Shown: positions 53,901-64,000 of the stretch, one piece after another
Position numbering within the stretch: position 1 is the first letter of the stretch
How the letters are laid out: each line of letters opens with the position of its first letter
Assembly (NCBI GenBank): GCA_904063045.1
Contig: CAJFCJ010000003.1
Span: 496,001 to 560,000 of the forward strand
DNA length: 64,000 nt
Direction of reading: 5' to 3'
Origin: Dimorphilus gyrociliatus
Lineage: Eukaryota; Animalia; Annelida
The notes under the pieces: model-generated
Told to the model about the DNA's origin: nothing
The model's input: only the letters and a program-made list of their open reading frames with translations
Database searches by the model: none
Made by a program: the position numbers and the translations under genes

Positions 53901-54592
53901 ATTAATTGAAAGAGATATGTTGTCTTATTTTTTATTAAATTTATCTATTTAGAGTGCTGAATCCGATGAATTACAATTAGTACGAAAGTCATTGCAATCT
54001 CTTAAAACGTCCTTTGCCGGTGACGACCCTTCGCATAGGACTATTGATACACTGGAACAAAGTATTACATCTCTAATGGAACGACTTGATTTAAATAATG
54101 AAAGATTTAGAAATTCCCACAGTTTAAGAATTGAGGTTTGTTTTCACAACAAAATTCGTAGTTTATGATAAAAACAATCAATGTATTTTATACAGGATCA
54201 ACCTCCTCTTAGACGAAATTATACTTCATCACCAAGCTCTTCTTATCCATCTGTAGACGATGAAATGCCATGTACAAAAGTCTTATATTTTACCGATCGA
54301 ACTGTAACTCCATATATGTGCACCATTCCAAAACGGTGAGCGCTTTTCGTCTTATAGATGAAATCGTATTTATTTTATAAACATGCACATTGTTTTTACA
54401 AATTATAGCTTAGGAGACATCACCTTGGGCGATTTAAGACAAGCTTTGGATAAGCATGGCCGTTGTAGATTTCATTTTAAAGCCTTAGACCCTGAATTTG
54501 GTACTGTTAAAGAGGAACTATGCAACGACGAAGATATTGTACCCGGTTGGGAGGGAAGAATTGTCGCTTGGCTCGAGGAAGACGGCCTATAA
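50941..54592 (+). CDS. DIXDC1: Dixin (CH domain, coiled coil, DIX domain)
   Basis: [17 protein letters not shown]...[33 protein letters not shown] (CH); central coiled coil; [14 protein letters not shown]...[17 protein letters not shown]...[10 protein letters not shown] (DIX). Confidence 0.95.
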
Positions 54593-55582
54593 CAATTCAA
54601 ATTGATGAGAAAGAAAATATTCATATTTTTTTTTGTGCTTAAAAAGAAAAATTATCAACGACTAAAGGAAGAAAATGAGACGGCGAAGAGAGGAAGAAAA
54701 TGAAAAAGAAAAGAAAAAAACAACCGATTTAAAATACTTGAATCAGAAAGAAAACATAAAGAAATCTGACGGGGAGATAAAAGAAGGAAAAAAGTCTCTG
54801 TTTTGATAATCTTATCTGAATCTGTTCAGTATTGAATTCTTTGAGTTTTATAGATGTCTTCTTCCTCTTTGCTTTTTTTTTTCTTAATTTTTCTACTAAT
54901 TTTTTCTCTTTAAAATAATTCGACTCCATCCCTCCTCTCCCCTTTCGAACTATGTTTAACAACGTTTGAATGTGGTTAAGAATGTACTAGTCAGTTGGAT
55001 TATTAACTCAGTGTATTTTTTTGTCTCAATATATTGCATGTAATACATTTAGAGTTAAACATTTTCTTTATTTCAAAAGAAATATATCTCCTGTTTATAC
55101 AAGTCATTTCCTTTTATATCCTTTGTACTATTAACAAATTCTTACTATCTTTTCACTCTCACTCATTCACTCACTCATACATACTTTCTCTCTGTCTCCC
55201 CCCTGCTCTCGCCTTCTCTTTCTCTCTCGTTGTAGCCCTTTGTAAATAATTAGTTGAAAATTTGAATAAAATTTCAGTTATAAATTTAATCATTTCTCTT
55301 CCTATCGCCAATACTCTATCTAGTCTATGCTCATTAAGATAAGACCGAACATTTGTCAATTTGATCCTGAGGCGAGATAAATTTATTAACTACTTTTAAA
55401 GGGAAATAATATGTATTTTGGCATCAATAATTGCTTTAATTAGGCCTTAGAAATTGGCAGTTTGTTAGTACTCAGTATTTTCGGCCATTTTCAGATACAA
55501 AACAGAGCCTTCTTACTCATTGAAAAATAACCTCCACCCCTCTCCTTAAAAAAACAAAAAAAAGCATAAAAAACGAGAAATT

Positions 55583-56488
55583 ATGGAGACGTTAAGTAGG
55601 ATTATTAGACCATATAGAAGAAGACCAAGTGTTAGTAAATGCTTAAAATATTTTCTATTTTCGGTAAACTTAATTATTTGGTTTATATCTTGTTTTGTTA
55701 TGGCTGTTGGAGTTTGGGCTTATTCGGAAAAATTACGGAACCATCCAAAAAATGCTAATCTTATCAATCCTCTGTTTGATGCTGCCATAATATTAGTAAT
55801 TGTTGGAGCTTTTGCTTTAATAATATCTTCGGCTGGGTGTTTAGGAGCTTTAAGGGAGAATTGTTGTCTATTAAAATTTTTTGCGGTAGCTGTTTCGATT
55901 CTAATAATATTGCAGATCACTGCAGCATTGTTAGTCATGATTCTTTCAAATAAAATTAAAAAATTTTCGGAAGAGAAGATTGGTATGGAAGCTATAAAAC
56001 GTTATAGGGCCGATTCCGATCTGAAGAATATGATTGATTGGATTCAAGTAATTATTTGAAACAGAGTGCTTTAATATAAATATTATGTATAATTTAAAAC
56101 AAAATCATCCCTCTTATTTCATTATCAGGAAGAATTCTACTGTTGTGGAACATACGTTCATACGGATTGGTCAAAGAATATGTATTACAATTGTACGGAA
56201 AATCCAATAACCATCGAAGCCTGTTCCGTTCCCTCTTCTTGCTGTCGGGAGGAATTCCGAAATAATATATTCTGCGGTCATGATATGCAAAGGAGAACAA
56301 TGGTAGAAGCCAGTAAAGAAATATACACTAACGGTTGTGTTAATAGCGTTTATAATAAAATCAAAAAGAACGCTATTATTATCGCAATATCGGCATTAAG
56401 CTTATTACTATTTCAAATATTTGCGGCATTTGCGGCACTGTACTTAAACCTTCAAGTAAAAGCTGTAATAAGATTCTGTAGTCATTAA
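55583..56488 (+). CDS. TspanC8-subfamily tetraspanin (TSPAN5/14/17/33-like)
   Basis: Exons 55583-56047 and 56129-56488; four TMs, GCLGALREN, CCG motif, eight Cys in the large extracellular loop. Confidence 0.9.
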
Positions 56489-56907
56489 ATGATGATATAA
56501 AAACAAAGAATTAAGTTTTCATCTTGTAAATGTAGTATAATAGGCAAACATAACATATTAGTGCATGTATAAATACTTGAAGTATTTTACTTCGTTCGCT
56601 AACCCATTAAAGTGCTCATGTTACTATCCTAAAATAGGTAAAGAAAAGAGAAAGATGTTATCTAATTTCAGACCCAAATTAGTTTCTATTGTAAAGTGAA
56701 TTCGCCTGATTAACCATGAAAAAAAACGAGATTAGATAGTTTGGTTCCTATTTGTAAAATTGAATGATGTCAACTTTAAAAAGAAAATGGAGAAGAAAAC
56801 TTTAATTATACCGTGTCGCTTTTGTGTGAATTGCGTGGATAATGTATTGTTAAAATTAGTCGTATGGTGTTAATACGTAATACTATAATTAAATGTTAAC
56901 ATTTCCT

Positions 56908-57880
56908 TTATTCATCTGTTTTAAAAGTACCATCGACACCGAAATATAGCGAGAATATATTCTCTAAACCTTTGCTTTTTAATAAAGGTAATAAATGACT
57001 TCGTCCCATTTCTTGAAAATCGCCAAACTTTCTCATTTTATTCATTTCTTCATATGATGAACATTTAACATCAGTTCTCTCCTTTTGCATTAATCTTTGC
57101 CATTGCATTCTTCTTAATCTTTTCCAAAACTCGTCTACTGAATCCCGTGAGCCTTCTATACAAATTATACCTGGCTTACCTGGCATAGAGAAGCCTTTTG
57201 AATAAGAAAATAGAATTACATAATTTAAATTCTCTGCTAAATTAATGAAATAGAGTTTTACCTGTCAAGTTCAATTCATCGGAAAAAGCAAGAATGTCAC
57301 GACGCTTGAATTTGCTATAAATATGATGACTGTACATCCATAGTGTTGAAAATTCACATTCGGTAACTTTACTTTTAGGAGATTGCGGGGTCGGATTTTC
57401 TTCCTCAATTGATGAACATTTTTGCCGACACCAGTCTATGATATCCATTAACTTTAGTTCCCCCTCTTCTAATTGATTTATATATGACTGTAAATTCTTA
57501 TTGAATTTCTCATGTATAGATCTACTGATATTCGGAAGTCTAACAGAACAACTCGGACAAGTCTTCGGATAGTGATGTGGCAAATTTATAGATAATTCGA
57601 CACGTTTATCAGCTGAATCTTCCGAGGACAGTTTAAGTGTAAAGCCTAATCTTTCTCTAAGTATATCGTAGTCTATGTGATTTTTCAGGAATAGTTCAAT
57701 ATTTTGTTTGCAGCTTGGATTATCCCACTAAATAGAAAACTCGATAATAGCTTATTCTTTTTTACACACTAATCAATAATTAGAAACCTCGAATTCTTCA
57801 TCCAGAAACATGGAACTTACAGCTTCTACCTCCTCTAACTGCAACTTTAAATTCTTCTTTATTTCGTCTAAATCTTCCAT
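56908..57880 (-). CDS. RWDD2: RWD domain-containing protein 2
   Basis: LQLEEVEAVSSMF, LPHHYP (RWD); C-terminal LWMYSHHIYSKFKRRDIL...[20 protein letters not shown]. Confidence 0.88.
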
Positions 57881-58292
57881 ATTAATTATAAAAGTATTCA
57901 GAAGATATAATTTAACAAATATTCGAATAAAGCTTGATTAATTGTGAATTTTAACTAGTTTTTACATGAAAAACTCGTTTTAAAGAAATTATATTAATAG
58001 CAGACGATATAAGTATTTTTTTTTAATACATAGTAGCGACACCTTGCGTTCGTGACTTTTAGTAAAATAGAACATTATGTATCCCATAAATAATTGACAA
58101 ATACTATAAATAGACATTTGTTTGATGTAAATCGTTTTCTTTATTTAAAAGTAAGAAATCAGTCTAAAAAGTAAAAATAAAGTCTTAAAAATTTAGCTTA
58201 CAAGCATTGTAAGTAAAGAAGAGACGTTCTAAAAATAATGCAGATATTTCCTCTTTCCAATAGGGAAAATATAAAAGAAAACAAAAATCAGT

Positions 58293-60336
58293 CTATAAAA
58301 CTGAATGTTGACTTGGAAAGATATTTGGTGCACAATAATTAGTAACGCGGTCGTCTATGACGTCCTTTAGAGATTCCCGAATTTTGATGAATTGCCTCTT
58401 AAAATGTATTCCGTCACCCTAAAAAGAAAAGAATAAAAGGAGAAAGCTTTTAGAATTTTAATAAAAGGATAGAAATTATACAACGAACTTGTGATAAGCG
58501 AAAATCAACTAGCAAGTGATCTCCAGCCGTAATAAGGAAAGCTTTGAAGGTAGTATGAATTCCTCTTCGACTTGTCGTTTCAAAAGTAACTTGATCGTTC
58601 TGCTGATTCTTAATGGAATAGCCAAATCTTACTAATAGCAACAGATTGTGGGCCATGGCTTGTTTAGAAATTTTTACAAAGAATCTTGTCATTCTTTTCA
58701 CTAAACTCTGGAATAGTCCCTAAAGGAAAGAAGCAAGTAGTAATAAGACTAAACCGCCAAGGACAATTCAAATAGATTACTTGAGACGCTCCTGAACCAG
58801 TCGGTTGGCTTTCTACAAACATATCTTTACTCTTTGTCGGTTGAGAAAAGCACGTAACTTTTGCAGAGCCATCCTCTTCCATATCGTTAGAGTAACGGTT
58901 TGGATCCGGTTGAGAGACGCTCATTAGACTTCTGAAAAAGTTATTATTAAAAGCTATCGTAATCCTTATGAAAAGTGAAAAACATACTCTACATCATTTG
59001 AGGATCCTTCCCCCTCAGCGCAAACTCTCTTCAAAGGATGTTTGGCAGACTTAATAATGGGTGGGCTAGTTGTTGGATCTATTTTAGATTATAACAAAGT
59101 CAGCAGCTATCACTCGATGAGAGCAATACTCACTTGCCGATATAACTTCAACACTTGAATTATACCATGCGTGTCTTTTAATAAAGTCGATAGTGGCTCT
59201 TTGTTGAACGTTCTCTTGGAGCATATTCTTTAAAAGAGCTATTAAAGTCTATAATCAGATCATATTTAATCGAAATTAGAATTTTTCTAATTACACAAAG
59301 CTAAATTATTTATTTTACTCCACGGCGTAATTGTAAATTCGAACGCTTTCCATTGGACATAATCTCTACACTTGTCTGTTGGTTCGTCCCAAGGAAGTTC
59401 ACCCGCCAACAACGTCACCAAAACAACACCACAAGAGAATATATCAACAGGAGTTGCATGATATGGCTTGCTCTTTTTTTTGGAAAAGAAAGGAAAATTT
59501 TATTGGAGGATAGACAACTTGTTTACTTCTAACGAAACCTGTAAAATTTCTGGTGCTACATAGGGTCGAGTTCCACAACAGGTGTCTAACATTCTCTCTT
59601 TACCTTGGTATCTAAACACTGTTGCCATTCCAAAATCAGATATCTTTACTTCGTCTAAATTAAAAGAAAATAAAGACTAAGAATAAATGTAAAAAATAAA
59701 TTAGAGTATTTCGAAGAATAACACAAAAAACGCACTTTGGTCAGTCAATAAGATATTTTCTGGCTTCAGATCCCTATGAACTATTCCTTTTGAATGTAAA
59801 TACTCCTACAATATCGATACTTATATTATAAACGATTATTAGTCTTTTATCAGTGACTTACAACGCCATTAATTACTTGCTTAAAGTAACGCTGGCCTTC
59901 TAGGGCGGAAGTGCCGACATCCGGCTCGATACGATCGAATAATTCGCCTCCCCCAGCGTATTCTAAGAAAATATAATGTATACCTCCATCTAAACGCTGT
60001 CCGTATAGTTTTATGATGTTGTCATGCTTCAGCATTCGGTGAATAATAAACTAGCAAAAGAAATTTAGACGAACAAAATAACTATTTAGACCTTAAATAA
60101 TATTTAATTACACCTCTTTTCGAGTATTTTTCTCGGCATTCTCATGAGAGGCCAAATTAATTATCTTAACGGCAATAGATTCATTTGTCTTTTTGTTTAA
60201 GGCAAGTTTCACTCTGTCGTGAGAAATGAACTACTAATAAGAAAAGCTCGACTCAATAAACGTTAACTTACTCTCCATATGCACCTTCACCCAAAACTCC
60301 AACAAACACCCAATCGTTTATAGAATCGCAATCCAT
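58293..60336 (-). CDS. CHEK1: Checkpoint kinase 1
   Basis: [43 protein letters not shown]; ATR SQ cluster (VSQP, CFSQP, ESQ, ASQ); KA1 region RMTRFF...[17 protein letters not shown]. Confidence 0.96.
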
Positions 60337-61272
60337 TAAGCAACGATTTTAAAGAACTGTCAAAATGAGATATAAACTTATATTTTTTATGGTTTCAAGA
60401 TAATATTAATGATATAAAAATTTACAATAATTTTTTAAATAATGTAATCAGCATTTTTGAAATATTTCAGTAAATATTTACTTTCTTTGTCTTGCAAGGA
60501 AAAAGTTTTATTATTGAATTCTAAGTTCACATGCGCGCCTTTTTCCAAAATTTAAGGTCAGCTATAAGGAAATCTTATGTAAAGTCTTTTACGATTTAGC
60601 TTTTTCGCAACTTCCGTTTCTACGGGTAGCGGAACCGGAAATACGTCACAGGTCTAAAAGATTGAAGATATTCAGACAAAATTGGTAAAGCACGGATTTG
60701 TCCTTATTCTTTGAAATTGGTTAGTTATTAAGCATTCTATTTATTAATGGATAGACAATAAAGCCTCTGTTGTAAAACCAAGTATAAAAATTGGTTGTAA
60801 ACCTTCTCGATTTCGAGCTTTAAACACGCTTGGTATACAGGCGTCTGCACGATTTTTGCGCGGTTCTTAGTCATTCGTCGATCTACCTTCCCTCTTAACT
60901 TAAATGTGATCGGCAAGTTTTTGAAGTTCATGGTAATATTCAAAGTGATCAGTTGTAGATAATTATTCTCTGAATAACTCGATTTTGTGTGTTGAACTAA
61001 CATTAAAGGTGAAATTTTCACGAAATTCAAGAGATAAAGTCGCAGCATGATTAATTAGCTTTCCTAGTTTGTGTTCCTAATAGTTAAGAAATTGAAGTTT
61101 GATTTGGAAAAAGTGTAAAGTTGATGGCGTTTATCACGAAAACGGGGATTTTATGATTAAGAATAAATTTTTAATATTTAATACTCAGTTTTTTTAATTC
61201 CCTCTTAAAAAAAACCAACCGTTATAAATATTTTATACAAGAATTTTCTATTATCACAGCGTTTAGTAAAGA

Positions 61273-61320
61273 ATGAGCAAAGAAAACTTTTCGTCTGTTA
61301 CAAGAGATGAACAACAATAG
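61273..61320 (+). other. Out-of-frame upstream ORF overlapping the GSK3 start codon
   Basis: ATG 61273 (A at -3), [18 protein letters not shown] 61318-61320; spans the main ATG at 61307. Confidence 0.5.
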
Positions 61321-63975
61321 ACCGCGAACGGTATCAATGGTCGACGCGGGAAACAAGCAGTCCTCTTCGACTAACATGATAACCGGAAGTATGAGAACAG
61401 TTCAACGAGATGGAAGCCGGGTGACAACTGTCGTAGCTACACCCGGTTTAGGAAGCGATAGAGCTTCAGAAATTTCATACACGGACACTAAAGTTATTGG
61501 AAATGGTTCATTTGGTGTTGTATATCAAGCGAGGTTGGCAGAGACCAACGAATTAATCGCTATAAAGAAAGTTCTGCAGGATAAAAGGTTTAAGAACAGG
61601 GAACTGCAGATTATGAGAAAGCTGGAACATCAGAATATAGTACAATTAAAGTACTTTTTTTATTCTAGTGGCGACAAAAAAGACGAGGTAAGTGTTCTCT
61701 GAGCTTAAAGTTATTTTCTCATATGGGAGTCGTACCTAGTCGAAAATTTTTTCCCTGAGCCCGATACTAATCGTCATATTTCGTGAGTTGATAAACTCTT
61801 TTAGTATGAACAGTATAACACTCTGCATATAAATTTGTCAATAATTTATCTATAAAACTACATATATTGTCTAAATTACCTGGAGATGGAGAACGCAACT
61901 ATCCCAAAAAAAGTATTTTGTTAACGACTATCAAAGCTTTTCAGGAAAAAGTTCATTGTCCGTAAAGTCACGTTCGCTTTATCATACACAAAATGTTACT
62001 ACAATTCCCTTAGATAAAAAAAGTATTGTTCCATCCAGGGAATTATTTATTATGAAAGTTAGTTATACCCAATTTATATGCCTGTGATATACTCTTATTA
62101 TTATTTAAGAATTCATCAAATTATTTTGACTGTAAGAAGTAGACAACCCTCTTAAAATGCTTTAAGTCAATAATACTTAAACTTCAATATTCAATATTTA
62201 AATTTTAAAAATGGCAATAGTTCCATAATTAACGGTTTAATAATAACAGTATTAATGATAGCTTAGGAGATATGAATATAGGATTTAAAGAGGTGGATTA
62301 GACGGTACAGATAATATAAAAGTAGGGAGCAGGGAGGGAGTTAAAGAGGGAGGTGGAAAGGGAAAGAAGCTATACTAAAATTAAATTATATTTGTATAAT
62401 TTGATAGAATTATCTTATTAATGTACATTTATTCTCTTTATATTCGTTATTTTTTTTTATTGTGATAAGAAAAGATGAGACGTGTTGGAGAAAAGACTTA
62501 AAAAATTTTTTTACTACATTTAAACGGCGTAGATATAATTTGATTTTATCTTATCTATAAGTATCTTATATATTTTTATTAGTCTCTCTAACATTTACTA
62601 GCAATCGTAGTCAAAATTTCTACTTTTATTTATTTAAAATTCCTATGGGTATTCTAGAAAACCGGAGGAATAATCAATAGTTGTAATTTAAGTGTCTTGT
62701 ACGAAGTTGAGAAAGGGAGGGGAGGGAGGAGGGTGAGTGCTGGGCGTGATAAGGAAAAAGTTGAATTGAAAGAGAATGTAGAATAGGAAATATTGATAAT
62801 AATTAGAAGAATACTTACTGTCATATACATACATATATATGTATCATTTTTGCTGGAAAACTTTTAAACTGACGTTTAGTACCACAGCAAGACCGATAGT
62901 TAACTAAATATTAATACAAGCATTACTATTCTAGATTCATTCTCCAGGTAAAGCGACTCATGTTGCGTCGAAGTGTCACAAGCTTTACATCAAAGATTGT
63001 TATTGATGAATTTTCCACAGTTTTCTCTTATATATTTTTGTAGGACTTGGTTTGTTATTTAAAAGAATTTATGTAAAATTTATTTATTTATTTATATTTT
63101 ATTAAATAAGTAGATGAATACGTCTTTTAGCTATTTTGCATACATGGTCATTTTTTGAATAATTTACACGTATTAAGCATATATTTATATACATACTGTA
63201 TTCATACATATTTATCATAAATTGTGTTCTTATTCTATCTGTCTCTCGATACAGGTGTACCTAAATCTAGTTCTGGAATATGTACCCGAAACCGTTTACC
63301 GTATAACGCGACATTATTCAAAGATGAAGCAAACAATCCCAATGTTGTACATAAAAGTATATATGTACCAATTATTCAGGGGCTTAGCGTATATTCACCA
63401 GGAGGACGTATGTCACCGCGATATAAAGCCCCAAAACCTTTTATTAGATCCTGAATCGGGTGTTTTAAAACTGTGCGATTTCGGTTCAGCCAAACAACTA
63501 GTACGCGGTGAACCTAACGTTTCCTACATTTGTTCGAGATATTATCGTGCACCTGAATTAATCTTTGGCGCTACTGATTATACGCCTCAAATTGATGTCT
63601 GGTCTGCCGGCTGCGTCGTTGCCGAGTTATTATTGGGACAACCGATTTTCCCAGGAGATAGTGGCGTTGATCAGTTGGTTGAAATTATCAAAGTTCTTGG
63701 TACTCCTACTAGAGAGCAAATTAGGGAAATGAATCCGAATTATACCGAATTTAAATTTCCTCAAATAAAAGCGCATCCTTGGGGTAAAGTGTTCAGACCC
63801 CGAACCCCGTCAGAGGCATTGGACCTAGTATCGAAGCTGTTGGAATATACGCCAACGAAGAGGATCATACCATTGGAGGCCTGCGCCCATTCGTTCTTCG
63901 ATGAACTACGTGGGCAAAATACTAGATTGCCTAATGGACGACCACTTCCACCCTTGTTCAATTTTACGGAGAAAG
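61307..63975 (+). CDS. GSK3B: Glycogen synthase kinase 3 (partial; continues beyond the window)
   Basis: Exon 61307-61687 ([34 protein letters not shown]) and exon 63255-63975 ([28 protein letters not shown]), ending at a GT donor. Confidence 0.98.
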
Positions 63976-64000
63976 GTGAACAAAACAAAAAATACTTTTG

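Noticed and set aside
54590-54670. DIXDC1 stop context TAA-CAA-TTC as a second readthrough site
   Set aside because: UAA is the tightest stop, the hexamer is not CARYYA, and the downstream frame is short, AT-rich and unstructured.
62949-63045. Possible extra GSK3 exon (MLRRSVTSF) and TCF site ACATCAAAG (62987-62995) in intron 1
   Set aside because: The peptide lacks Arg at -3 and stops early; a single AT-rich 9-mer also occurs by chance elsewhere (e.g. inside the TFCP2 CDS).

Overview
Gene-dense, AT-rich animal genomic DNA with mostly short (about 55-120 nt) GT-AG introns. I can support about 25 protein-coding genes and see no transposons, rRNA, tRNA or CRISPR arrays. The compact structure plus genes such as periphilin, IQCE, PPP1R35 and CH-domain DIXDC1 point to a compact-genome invertebrate; a miniature annelid such as Dimorphilus is a guess only. 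Gene order: PPHLN1 3' end (+), WD40 protein (-), GRAMD2-like (+), ENPP6-like (-), HIBADH (+), IQCE (+), ADH5 (-), METAP1 (+), membrane-insert alpha/beta hydrolase (+), SUEL-lectin/CUB protein (-), orphan small secreted protein (+), neuropeptide GPCR (+), DCLRE1B/Apollo (-), TFCP2/LSF (-), AGTPBP1/CCP1 (-), PPP1R35 (+), GTF2E1 (-), ABHD17 (+), LAMTOR2 (-, missing from the ORF track), RIOK2 (-), DIXDC1 (+), TspanC8 tetraspanin (+), RWDD2 (-), CHEK1 (-), GSK3 (+, runs off the window). The standout is a candidate programmed stop-codon readthrough cassette in ABHD17. Its UGA is followed by CAAUUA (the TMV-type CARYYA signal), then a perfect 13-bp GC-rich long-range helix starting 7 nt after the stop, and a 152-codon in-frame extension. 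Gene identities come from recognising protein motifs by eye, not from database searches; gene spans include introns.
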